41,667 nucleotides of DNA. Source: a virus. Where the stretch lies: the UHGV virus genome UHGV-0205829; one strand, 5' to 3'. The notes beneath the pieces are model-generated. The model was not told the origin of the DNA. It saw only the letters and a program-made list of their open reading frames with translations, and ran no database searches. The first letter of the stretch is position 1. Every line of letters begins with the position of its first letter. Below, piece by piece: positions 28,034 through 36,610 of the stretch. The translations under genes and the position numbers were made by a program.

Positions 28034-28556
28034 CGCCTAACGTAAGACCACTGGCAACCTCACCTATGCGTTGCTCTAACCGTCCGCCGCTTTCCTTTAT
28101 TCCTGCAGGTATCACTTCTCCCTGCCGTATCTTCTCCAATTTTGGCTTGTACGAATCCCGGAAAAATGCCCGTTCCGCCATGATATTCTCACTCTGGCAC
28201 AGATTCTGCCACCCCATATTCCTCACCACGCTCCTGCATGGCTCCGGAAGGCTATTCAGTGCCTGCGACTCACGCATGTACCCATAAGTTCGTATGGCCC
28301 TTAGCACCATTCCCCAGGCATCGTCCATGCTCAGTACCTCTGTCTCCCCTGCACACAACCTGCGGATGTCTGATATGGTTGGGGGATACGGACTGCTTGC
28401 CATATGCTGTTGTACTGCCAGGCTGGCCTGCCGGTATGGCAAATCCCGGAGCATCCCATACCAGACATCAAACGCATCCGCATCTGGTATGAAGGCAGGT
28501 TGTGCATATACCGCCTTTAATCCTTTCACTATCGTTTTAAACTCTTCTCGTTCCAT
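27975..28556 (-). CDS. Putative replication accessory protein (helicase-loader/G39P-like?)
   Basis: Sits immediately downstream of the initiator gene. Sequence assignment is weak. Confidence 0.3.
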   Translation of the reverse strand: MEREEFKTIVKGLKAVYAQPAFIPDADAFDVWYGMLRDLPYRQASLAVQQHMASSPYPPTISDIRRLCAGETEVLSMDDAWGMVLRAIRTYGYMRESQALNSLPEPCRSVVRNMGWQNLCQSENIMAERAFFRDSYKPKLEKIRQGEVIPAGIKESGGRLEQRIGEVASGLTLGGDKDGDTGAGGCDTGKIQG

Positions 28557-28565
28557 CCTCTTCTT

Positions 28566-29429
28566 CTACCAGTTATCTACATCACTTACCCTGTTTTGTA
28601 TTCTCTCCTGGGATGTCTGGCTTTTCTGGACATGGGGACTATCCTGGGCCTTTGACAGCCAGTTGTTGATGAATCGGCGTATCCCCTTGACAGTCTTGCG
28701 TCTCGTCGGATTGCTGTCAAGCCATCCCTTCATCTTCCTCAGCTCCTGCATGATGTCCACTGCTGGATACAGTTCCACCCATTCCGCAAAGTCCTTGTCA
28801 TAGACAGGGTATTCAGTCTTATCATTCAGTGTAAGGGAAATAACCTGCAGCGCATCAGACGGTTTATCCGGCTGTGTGCATGATATATTTCCTTTACTTT
28901 CCTTTACTTTACTTTTCTTTACTTTACTTTCCTTTAGGGATTCTTCCTGCGATTTATCCGGGTTTTTCCTGGAATTACTATCGTTTCTCCTGGAAAAATT
29001 TAAAGATGGGTTCACTTTAATAAAGGATTCCGTCTCCGCTTCATCCAAAAGCCAGAAACCCTTTATTTCTATGGGGTTCTTTTTGGCCCGTTCCTTTACG
29101 GCCAATTGGAACCTTTTCTGTATCCCGGCAGAGGTCAAGATAGTGTCCGACTGAAAAAGTGTGTCATTAAACAGTGACCGTTCCAATAAGAATTTCAAGA
29201 CCTGCTTCACCTTGTCCGGGCTCATGCCTAAATCATCTGACGTGATAAACAACGCATCATCATCAAACTTGATATAATAGCCTGCCCGGTAAATCTCACA
29301 AAGAAGGTATAAGTATATTGCTATTCCATCCGCCCCATACCGGGCCTTTAATATCTTAACCTTCTTATCCGCAAAAAAATTAACATCTAAAGGAAAGTAG
29401 TCAATACCCGCTTTCTGGGGCCTCGGCAT
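28566..29429 (-). CDS. Replication initiator (DUF4373/Lin1244-type N-terminal domain plus DnaD-like C-terminus). Internal iterons.
   Basis: IDYFPLDVNFF..ILKARYGADGIAIYLYLL N-terminal block. Internal start MPRPQK with RBS aggtga N7. The central KESKVKKSKVKESKG is encoded by 10-bp tandem repeats. Confidence 0.6.
   Translation of the reverse strand: MPRPQKAGIDYFPLDVNFFADKKVKILKARYGADGIAIYLYLLCEIYRAGYYIKFDDDALFITSDDLGMSPDKVKQVLKFLLERSLFNDTLFQSDTILTSAGIQKRFQLAVKERAKKNPIEIKGFWLLDEAETESFIKVNPSLNFSRRNDSNSRKNPDKSQEESLKESKVKKSKVKESKGNISCTQPDKPSDALQVISLTLNDKTEYPVYDKDFAEWVELYPAVDIMQELRKMKGWLDSNPTRRKTVKGIRRFINNWLSKAQDSPHVQKSQTSQERIQNRVSDVDNW
28888..28937. repeat. Iteron array: about five copies of TTTCCTTTAC interspersed with TTTAC (5/10-bp phasing). 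Putative phage origin inside the initiator gene.
   Basis: Read directly from the sequence. Followed by a moderately AT-rich stretch. Confidence 0.55.
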
Positions 29430-29440
29430 CTGCCAATCAC

Positions 29441-29782
29441 CTACTTCCTTTCGACCTCCCGGCCGGCTTCCCATTCCCGGAAAATCTGTATCCAGTCCTC
29501 CAGTCGCATGGTTGCCAGCCACTCCGAGCGGTCCCTACGGTGGAACACTACTGGAAGCTCACCTTCCCGCGCATCCCTTACTGACTGCTCCACGGCATCC
29601 AGGATATTGAGCCGTTCCACCCGTTTACATTCAATATGCATCCCTGGAAGCCCCACCACATCCGCGGAGCCGTCTGCCCCACAGAACTGCTGCCCTCTAC
29701 GGCAGGCATATCCATACCCTTTTAATATCCCGGCCAGCTCCCGCTCACCGCGTTTGCCTTTTTCCCTCTGTGATTTTCCCAT
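29441..29782 (-). CDS. VRR-NUC / PD-(D/E)xK small nuclease (Holliday-junction-resolvase-like)
   Basis: GADGSADVVGLPGMHIECK matches the PD..ExK core. ~110 aa and basic. Confidence 0.55.
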   Translation of the reverse strand: MGKSQREKGKRGERELAGILKGYGYACRRGQQFCGADGSADVVGLPGMHIECKRVERLNILDAVEQSVRDAREGELPVVFHRRDRSEWLATMRLEDWIQIFREWEAGREVERK

Positions 29783-29899
29783 AACCGCTCCTTTGAAGGA
29801 CGGGGCGGCGGTCAGGAAGCAATGGTTTGCCGCCCCTTAAATACCTCCGGCATTTAATGCCGTGACATATTATATTTGTCCGGAGGATAAAGCACTGAA

Positions 29900-30652
29900 T
29901 TATCCGATGATTGTAATTCGGCTGCTGATTGCCTTAGGCATATCCATCAAGGCATCTGTCAAATATCTCTTGATATTCGAAACTGCCTCGTTCTTCCAGA
30001 TTCCGCCTTCTGCCTCAATCAGTTTAAAAATCGGTATGTCATTATTCTCACCAATTCTGAAAACAAACTTACTGGCTGGCTGACCAACCTCCTGGAAAGT
30101 CCTATAAGGAATCAGCTCCACCGGGTTTGGTACGATGGCTGCCGCCTTTGTTGCCACTCCCACAGTCATAGTAGCAACCTGTGTCCGACCGTCATCCGAA
30201 AAGCTCTGGTCATTCTTCTTTTCAATATTCCCAGCCAGTTTCATAACTGCCTCCAGGTCCGTACTGTACTGGAAGTTTGCCTGCAGGGATATCATGAAAT
30301 TCTCCTGGTCGTACCATTTGTCAAACCGATACTCGGATGTCTCAGCCTCAGTCTCAAACAGGCACTCCCTCCTACGCTCCGTATCCAATTCAGATATCAG
30401 CTTAACCTTCGTGGGGCTCACGATATGTATAATCATATCGCCATCCGGGAATTCCCGGCTACAGCTGCCGATGTAGTCTACAAGTGACGACAGGGTTGTG
30501 GCAGTGATGGAATCTGCCATTTCCTGTGCATCATACCGTTTCAGGCTCTTGTTGGCATAAGTCTTGCCACATATCTCAATGACCTCAGTTTTTTCGTTCT
30601 CCCGTGCCAGCTCCTCCACATGCTCCAATGCTGCTTTTAATCCTTCCATCAT
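29900..30652 (-). CDS. Hypothetical protein in the recombination/replication module
   Basis: 250-aa ORF. Confidence 0.35.
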   Translation of the reverse strand: MMEGLKAALEHVEELARENEKTEVIEICGKTYANKSLKRYDAQEMADSITATTLSSLVDYIGSCSREFPDGDMIIHIVSPTKVKLISELDTERRRECLFETEAETSEYRFDKWYDQENFMISLQANFQYSTDLEAVMKLAGNIEKKNDQSFSDDGRTQVATMTVGVATKAAAIVPNPVELIPYRTFQEVGQPASKFVFRIGENNDIPIFKLIEAEGGIWKNEAVSNIKRYLTDALMDMPKAISSRITIIG

Positions 30653-30673
30653 CTTTCCTATCTCCTTTTCTTT

Positions 30674-31105
30674 TTATTGGTTAGCCGCTGCCCTTAAATC
30701 AATCGGGCCTTTGCGGGGTTCCTCGTAAATTTCTCCCGTTTCCGGGTCAAATGTCTGCGCCGGCTTCCGTACTTCTGTATAGGCCGCAGCTGGCGCCGCT
30801 GCAACAGATGTTACCTGGGGACGGTCGCTTCCATACTCGGACATCTCAATCCGGCCCGTATTGAGATCCTGGCCCACCAGGAATACCGTTTCTGATTTCT
30901 GGAATCCGGCCAGCTTGGTCTTGACCTCAAATTCAATGTCTATGGTTCCCCTGCTCCCTGGCTTGAACTTTAAATTAATCGTCATTCCGCGCGCCGCCGC
31001 AGGATCCATGTTTGGGTCCAGGATGTTCCGGCCTATCTGGGCCAGGGCCATTGTAAACTTTTCGGCCAGCTCTCCCCCGGCAATGTTGTCAAATGTGATT
31101 GCCAC
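30674..31105 (-). CDS. Hypothetical protein downstream of RecT
   Basis: 143-aa ORF. Confidence 0.35.
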   Translation of the reverse strand: MAITFDNIAGGELAEKFTMALAQIGRNILDPNMDPAAARGMTINLKFKPGSRGTIDIEFEVKTKLAGFQKSETVFLVGQDLNTGRIEMSEYGSDRPQVTSVAAAPAAAYTEVRKPAQTFDPETGEIYEEPRKGPIDLRAAANQ

Positions 31106-31134
31106 TTAATCACCTCCTTCCTCAGATTGTTTCA

Positions 31135-32031
31135 TTATGAAAAGAAATTGTCTGCAACATCATTGCTCTGCTCAGGCTGAACAGTCTGCTCCATGGCTTC
31201 CTGTCCCTGTGATCCAACCTCCGGTTCCGGACTCACTGCCGGCTGCTCCGCAGCTATATTGTCCATATCTGTCTCCACATAATCCTTGGTTCCATCATCG
31301 TGGATGACAGCCATATCCGCATCTATGGCCTGTACCAGGTCAATGCTCATAATGCCCCATTTACTAATGAGCTGCCGGAGCATCGTCTTGTATGCCATAC
31401 CATCAAAATCCTTTGCCCAGAATGTCCACTGTGTCCCTTTTTCCAGGTCTTTCTTGTATCCTGGGCTATATTTCTTGGCATGGGCTACCATTTTGCTCCT
31501 GCTCCAATACATAGCCTTGCGGAACCCGTTTACATACTCAAACATGGCATAGTATCCAATCGTAGTGGCCTGTTCACGAAGTACTTCATCCTCAATCAAT
31601 CTGACCTCTATTTCCTCATTCAGTGGGTCAAATCGAACCAGTTCCCCCTCCTTGATTGCAAGAACATTAAGTTTTTTATACTGTCCACTCCGGATAGCCA
31701 GCTGGATATACCCTTTATAGCCAAGCTGGAACTGTGCTTCCTTGGCTCCCTTGCTTCTGTTGTCATATGGAACCATGTAAAACTGTCCTAACTGTGGACT
31801 GGGTGAAAGATTAAGGGATTCGCCTAATAGTGCTGCACTCAATATACTGGGGTTTGTGCACTCCTGCAGTGCGGGGGTGGCCTGAACCGCAGATACAATA
31901 CTGGAAATAAACCTTGCTCCATTTTTTCCACCGATTATACTGTTAATCTGATTCTTAACTGCATCCTGCGCAAGGTATGCAGTCAATCCCTGTTTCTGGA
32001 TCCTGCTTGTTAAACTGTTTCCTACTGCCAT
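31135..32031 (-). CDS. recT: RecT-family single-strand annealing recombinase
   Basis: Size, position next to the YqaJ exonuclease, and RecT-like sequence (recognised by eye). Confidence 0.75.
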   Translation of the reverse strand: MAVGNSLTSRIQKQGLTAYLAQDAVKNQINSIIGGKNGARFISSIVSAVQATPALQECTNPSILSAALLGESLNLSPSPQLGQFYMVPYDNRSKGAKEAQFQLGYKGYIQLAIRSGQYKKLNVLAIKEGELVRFDPLNEEIEVRLIEDEVLREQATTIGYYAMFEYVNGFRKAMYWSRSKMVAHAKKYSPGYKKDLEKGTQWTFWAKDFDGMAYKTMLRQLISKWGIMSIDLVQAIDADMAVIHDDGTKDYVETDMDNIAAEQPAVSPEPEVGSQGQEAMEQTVQPEQSNDVADNFFS

Positions 32032-32046
32032 TGTCTTATCCTCCTC

Positions 32047-32955
32047 TTACTGCTTCGGTACCGGCTCAAACCGGATACCGTTGGTTTTTAAAAAGTGCTT
32101 AAGTGCTGCCGCCTGTCCTGTTGTCACATACACCCGGAAATCAATGATATTCACTGGATTTTCCACGGTCTCCATCCTGGGCTGCCGGACATCGGACTTG
32201 ATATCAGGTTTTGTATCTGGTATTGGTTTTTCAGCCTCACGCTTTCCTGCATTGATTACTTCCTGGGCCTCTGCCTTTATCCTGGCATCGCGCTCCGCTT
32301 TCTTTCTGGCCTGTTCCGCTTCATATTCCTTTCGTTTCTGTGCTGCCGCTTCCAGACGGTTCCGTTCTGCCATTGCGGCGCCAATATCATAATTCCGAAG
32401 GAAAACCTCCTTCATATCCCCGGCGTATGGGCTGTCCACCTCATTCAGTATAGCCAGGCCCTCGTCAACCCGCTGGATAAGAGCGGTTATTTCCTCTTTG
32501 ATGGACTTCATGGTGGTGGAAGTCAGGGCATATTCTGGTTTCATTACACGTTCAAAGGGTAGATATTTTTCGATATCATGGATATTTGCGTCATAAAAGT
32601 CCCGGACCTTGGCTGTCTTTTCCTCGCGCTGGCGACGCTCATAATCTTTAATCTGGCCATCTATATTATCAATGGCTTTCCGAACAATACCCTCAATGTC
32701 CTTTACTTCTCTCCCGAACTGTTCATCTGGCGCCAGGAGCTTCTTCCTGACTTTCGTCCGGGTTCCAGTCAAGGCTTCTATAAATTTATTAAGCTTGGCC
32801 TTATCTGCCTTAGCCTGCTTGATGGTTTCATCCGTGTACACAGACGCAGCATACTCATCCGCAGCAATTGAAACCTCTGCCTTAAGTTCCTCATAGTTCC
32901 ATTCGATTTTCTGGACAAACCCATCTTCCTGCGGGTTGTAAATTTTCAGTTCCAT
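32047..32955 (-). CDS. DUF1351-like phage protein
   Basis: Lys/Glu-rich coiled-coil C-terminus. Typical partner between YqaJ and RecT. Confidence 0.5.
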   Translation of the reverse strand: MELKIYNPQEDGFVQKIEWNYEELKAEVSIAADEYAASVYTDETIKQAKADKAKLNKFIEALTGTRTKVRKKLLAPDEQFGREVKDIEGIVRKAIDNIDGQIKDYERRQREEKTAKVRDFYDANIHDIEKYLPFERVMKPEYALTSTTMKSIKEEITALIQRVDEGLAILNEVDSPYAGDMKEVFLRNYDIGAAMAERNRLEAAAQKRKEYEAEQARKKAERDARIKAEAQEVINAGKREAEKPIPDTKPDIKSDVRQPRMETVENPVNIIDFRVYVTTGQAAALKHFLKTNGIRFEPVPKQ

Positions 32956-32962
32956 CCCTCAC

Positions 32963-33625
32963 CTATATCGCCGGGAGAATCAGATCCGGCCTGCGTCCCG
33001 TGACCACACAGTCCCAGAACCGCCTTTCGGCCTCAACCAGATACTTGATGTCCTCCTCAACGTCCTTTCGCTCTATAAAATAATGTTTGGTTGTAATCCG
33101 CAACTCCCCGCCCCATTCGCTTTTGAGCTGGGCTTTAAGGACTGCAAAATCATATTCCGTCACGGCCAGGTAATGCAGCACCTGACAGAAATAATTATCC
33201 GGTATCCGGTCACGCCACTTCTCACGCTGCATGCTTTGCAGGATATTGGTGGTCTTTATTTCCAGGATTCCGCGGCGACCATTCTTATCCACAAGCTCGC
33301 CATCCAGGGAGGCATGCATCCACGGATAGGCCGTATTTGTAAACATGTTATCCTCGTCATAGGTCACTCGGTATTGTGGATAATCCATGGCGAATAAAGC
33401 TCTCAGATACTTTTCCGCCTCGGTACCATACCTGACGTATTCCCGGTCCGATATATCCTCCGGAATAACCAAGCCACGTTTTTCTTCCCAAAGCTGCACA
33501 TTGTCTTTGTAAGGGTTCATCCCCACGCAAGCACTGGCATCAGAGCCCCCGATATGTCCCTTACGTCCTTCCAGCCATTCCTCCCGGCTTTTAAATATGC
33601 GCTTGCTTACTGACATCTTGTTCAC
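32963..33625 (-). CDS. YqaJ-like (lambda-exonuclease-fold) recombination exonuclease
   Basis: GHIGGSDASACVGMNPY N-terminal motif and downstream ...LEIKTT. Confidence 0.75.
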   Translation of the reverse strand: MNKMSVSKRIFKSREEWLEGRKGHIGGSDASACVGMNPYKDNVQLWEEKRGLVIPEDISDREYVRYGTEAEKYLRALFAMDYPQYRVTYDEDNMFTNTAYPWMHASLDGELVDKNGRRGILEIKTTNILQSMQREKWRDRIPDNYFCQVLHYLAVTEYDFAVLKAQLKSEWGGELRITTKHYFIERKDVEEDIKYLVEAERRFWDCVVTGRRPDLILPAI

Positions 33626-33776
33626 CTTCCAATCTCATTAACTTCCCGCAGTTTGGACATGGTGTAATCTCGCCCAGCAGGGACCAGTGCCGCAGGCCAC
33701 AACTGCATACCATTGTAAAAAATGGTGCTGTAATCTTTACATGGCTGCCAGGATAATAAGTTTTAGATATTGCCAC
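33591..33776 (-). CDS. Small zinc-ribbon protein
   Basis: CSCG...CPNCG. Confidence 0.3.
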   Translation of the reverse strand: MAISKTYYPGSHVKITAPFFTMVCSCGLRHWSLLGEITPCPNCGKLMRLEGEQDVSKQAHI

Positions 33777-33826
33777 CTTGTAATCCTCCGATATCTCCCT
33801 TATAATAAGGGTGTGTTGTTTTTTAG

Positions 33827-34060
33827 TTATTGGACCTCTTCGCGGTTGCCGCCGCTGGGGTCCTTTTTTCTCCTTCGGAGCTCAAATAGATATTCCATCA
33901 GCTCCGCCACTTCCGTTGCTGTATATAATGCATCCGGATTATGTTTAGCGCACTCGCTTATATAGCCGGTGACTCTTGGGAATGCCGTTTCAAAGTCTTG
34001 GCACCCAGATTCCTTTATGCAATCCAACGCTGTCAGCTTCTTGACCATCTTTTTTCTCAA
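33827..34060 (-). CDS. Hypothetical protein
   Basis: ORF. Confidence 0.3.
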   Translation of the reverse strand: MRKKMVKKLTALDCIKESGCQDFETAFPRVTGYISECAKHNPDALYTATEVAELMEYLFELRRRKKDPSGGNREEVQ

Positions 34061-34075
34061 TCATTTCACCTCCCC

Positions 34076-34339
34076 TCAAATTACACCCATGGCCAGCGCC
34101 ATGACCACGATAGCTACCATCCACATCCCCAGCAGCCAGATGACCGCCGGTACAATCCACTTAGCTGCCCTCATGATTGGGCCGTCCCGGCGTCTCCTGC
34201 GGTGCCGCACCTCAATCACCCGCTCCCTACCCATGACATGGGTCAGTGCTATGGTAGCCGGTCCTACAAAATCCACACGCCAGCCGGGATACTGGACCGC
34301 TGCCTTAGCACGGATGGATAACTCAGTTACTTTTGTCAT
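34076..34339 (-). CDS. Small membrane protein
   Basis: Two hydrophobic helices and an Arg-rich loop. Confidence 0.35.
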   Translation of the reverse strand: MTKVTELSIRAKAAVQYPGWRVDFVGPATIALTHVMGRERVIEVRHRRRRRDGPIMRAAKWIVPAVIWLLGMWMVAIVVMALAMGVI

Positions 34340-34566
34340 TGGCTTGTCCCTCCTTCCTCTATTTCGGCTACCGGATACGTCATAATAAATCGTTCCAGGT
34401 CACTCCCTCGTATCTTCCGCTGGCCCAGGAGCAAAGACGGGAGCTTCTTTGTACTGATAAGCTCATACACCTTGGTTGGATTAACCCTGAGAACGCCTGC
34501 CGCCTCCTTGACTGTGTAGATTGGCTTGTAAGGTTCCACCATCGCTTTTATCCTCCTTCCTCTCAT
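34336..34566 (-). CDS. Excisionase-family / MerR-like HTH DNA-binding protein
   Basis: YTVKEAAGVLRVNPTKVYELISTKKLPSL. Confidence 0.55.
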   Translation of the reverse strand: MRGRRIKAMVEPYKPIYTVKEAAGVLRVNPTKVYELISTKKLPSLLLGQRKIRGSDLERFIMTYPVAEIEEGGTSQ

Positions 34567-34728
34567 AGTCCCTGCACGGATACCACCGTGTCCGTTCCAG
34601 GCACTGGCTATGCCGGCAGGTCTTGCATGTTGTTTTGATATGTACCGCCTCCCTCGTTGCGTTTTCTCCCCCTCCTTGGTATACTGTACTTACAGGCTCC
34701 TGCCAGAGCCGAGTACGAAAGAAAGGAG

Positions 34729-34902
34729 ATTATGATGGATATTTTAGGTAACAAACATATAATCGATATGGTAAAAGAAATCACTGTTGCAAAGATGTCT
34801 AATACTAATACCCCTCCATCAAAAGAAGGTGGCGAAAAAGTAGCAGAGTTTATGCAAGCGATTTATGACAAGCTCGTTGAATTAAACAACAAGGCACTTT
34901 AA
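34729..34902 (+). CDS. Small low-GC plus-strand ORF (MMDILGNKHIIDMVKEITVAKMS...)
   Basis: Strong RBS aaaggag N3 ATG. Opposite orientation to the surrounding operon. Confidence 0.35.
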   Translation: MMMDILGNKHIIDMVKEITVAKMSNTNTPPSKEGGEKVAEFMQAIYDKLVELNNKAL

Positions 34903-35078
34903 ATCTTCCATAATTCGATTAGTTCATGAGCCAGTGCTGGTAAAATCTCTACATCTTTTTCAGATACTGGCTCATTGACTGTCTTTTCAATGAAATTAAG
35001 TATTGCGGTTTCTAATCGTTCCATTTCTGTCCTCTCTTCCACCTCTCTCACCTCCTTTTCCCAGTTGACACACATACG
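34899..35078 (-). CDS. Small hypothetical ORF downstream of cro. Start uncertain.
   Basis: The ORF-track version overlaps cro. An internal MERLETAILNF start has RBS agagagga. Confidence 0.2.
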   Translation of the reverse strand, partial: RMCVNWEKEVREVEERTEMERLETAILNFIEKTVNEPVSEKDVEILPALAHELIELWKI

Positions 35079-35097
35079 TAATAGTGGTATATTTTTC

Positions 35098-35310
35098 TTA
35101 TCGAACGTGTGTTTGTTTTTCTTCCTGAAAGAAAAAATCCAATGGTTTATCAAGAGCTTTGCAAATATCGTAATATTCGTTTGCTTCGATTTTTCGATTA
35201 CCATTAAGAATTGCATTGATAGTGGTTAATCCCATATTGGTCTTATCAGCAAGAAATGTTTGCTTGATTCCTCTGGCATCCATATATGCCTTAATTTTTA
35301 AACCTAGCAT
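35098..35310 (-). CDS. Cro-like XRE-family HTH regulator
   Basis: 70 aa with an HTH. Divergent from the repressor gene across the operator region. Confidence 0.7.
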   Translation of the reverse strand: MLGLKIKAYMDARGIKQTFLADKTNMGLTTINAILNGNRKIEANEYYDICKALDKPLDFFFQEEKQTHVR

Positions 35311-35345
35311 CTTTTCACCTCCTTATACGGTTATTTCGTGTATGC

Positions 35346-35486
35346 TCAAATACTACTACGGAATATTCGTATTGTCAAGCTGATTTTTACGGAATATTAG
35401 TACTTTTATTTATTTTTTTTAACTTCATATTCGGATTTTCCGTATTTTTATATTGATTTTCCGTACTTTGTGTGATAATCTACTAT
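35346..35486. promoter_or_regulatory. Divergent early promoter/operator region with at least five TACGGA(A/T)WAT half-sites in both orientations
   Basis: TACGGAATATTCGTA at 35347, TACGGAATATTAGTA at 35379, TCCGTA at 35430 and 35451, GTACGGA at 35479. Confidence 0.55.
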
Positions 35487-35505
35487 TGTACGGAGGAATA
35501 CAAAA

Positions 35506-35856
35506 ATGGGAGATATTAAAGAAAACATTTCAAATAACATAGTATATTACCGTAAAAAAATCGGACTTACCCAAAGTCAGCTTGCAGAAAGGCTCGGGGT
35601 TAAGACCACCACTGTTTCCACATGGGAACGTGGCGCCAGTTCACCAGATATTGAAACTCTATATGATATCTGTAAAATTTTTGGTGTATCTTTGGATGAG
35701 ATGTATGGAGTAAATACGGAAAAAGGATTTAGCCAGACCGACCACCCCTACGATAGATTAATTACTGTATACACCAGAAGTAGAAAAAATCTTTCCCAGG
35801 AAGAAAAAATGAGACTCGCTCGTATAATATTATCGGATGATGACAACGAGGAGTAA
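35506..35856 (+). CDS. Phage repressor (cI/ImmR-like XRE HTH, with no S24 peptidase domain)
   Basis: HTH block LTQSQLAERLGVKTTTVSTWERG. 116 aa. Followed by the ImmA gene. Confidence 0.75.
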   Translation: MGDIKENISNNIVYYRKKIGLTQSQLAERLGVKTTTVSTWERGASSPDIETLYDICKIFGVSLDEMYGVNTEKGFSQTDHPYDRLITVYTRSRKNLSQEEKMRLARIILSDDDNEE

Positions 35857-35862
35857 TATCAA

Positions 35863-36555
35863 ATGGATTATCAAAGCCTATATGACAGTATTTTATACGC
35901 ATATACGTTTTTTGGCATTGACTCATTTCCAGTAGACTGCTTCGAATTAGTTCGGAAATGTGGTTTCAGAACTGTGAAATATACGGACTTAAGTGATAAG
36001 AAGAGAATAGCCTGTCGAACCCTTAGCGAAGATGCCTGCCTTTTGGATGGAACATTGTTTTATGAGGCTAAAGCCCATTCGCGACGGATACAATTTACAA
36101 TAGCACATGAATTTGGGCATGTGTTCTTGAAAACAGACAATGAGGACAAAGCTGATGAATTTGCCAGCCATTTTTTAGCACCACGTATTCTTATTCACAA
36201 ATATAAATGTCATGACGCAATCCAGATACATGATACTTTTGGTCTGTCCTATCAGGCATCTAACAGAGCCTTGATGTCCTACAAAGAGTGGTTCCGCAGT
36301 ATCTCCTACGGCGCAACTAGGAAACCCACGGAGCCGGAGTTGCAGCTGGAACATATTTTCTTTCCTGAACCAAACCTTATTCCACTCATGGAAGGTATTG
36401 CCCAACCGGCCAGGGGGTGTTATACTGAAGAGGATGAGGCTGGCTACTCTGAATTGAATGAACGTTCTGATTTTATGAGATTAATAAGCAGATGGCATGG
36501 AGACCGTGGCTTTGGCCTTGCAGAAAACAAATGGCTTTACGGGAACGACTTATGA
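35863..36555 (+). CDS. ImmA/IrrE-family Zn metalloprotease (anti-repressor protease)
   Basis: HEFGH motif (TIAHEFGHVFL). Immediately downstream of the repressor. Confidence 0.8.
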   Translation: MDYQSLYDSILYAYTFFGIDSFPVDCFELVRKCGFRTVKYTDLSDKKRIACRTLSEDACLLDGTLFYEAKAHSRRIQFTIAHEFGHVFLKTDNEDKADEFASHFLAPRILIHKYKCHDAIQIHDTFGLSYQASNRALMSYKEWFRSISYGATRKPTEPELQLEHIFFPEPNLIPLMEGIAQPARGCYTEEDEAGYSELNERSDFMRLISRWHGDRGFGLAENKWLYGNDL

Positions 36556-36610
36556 TTGATAATCAGCCTATGGCTTTTTAATAAAAACTTTTTAAGGGGG
36601 ATATATACTA

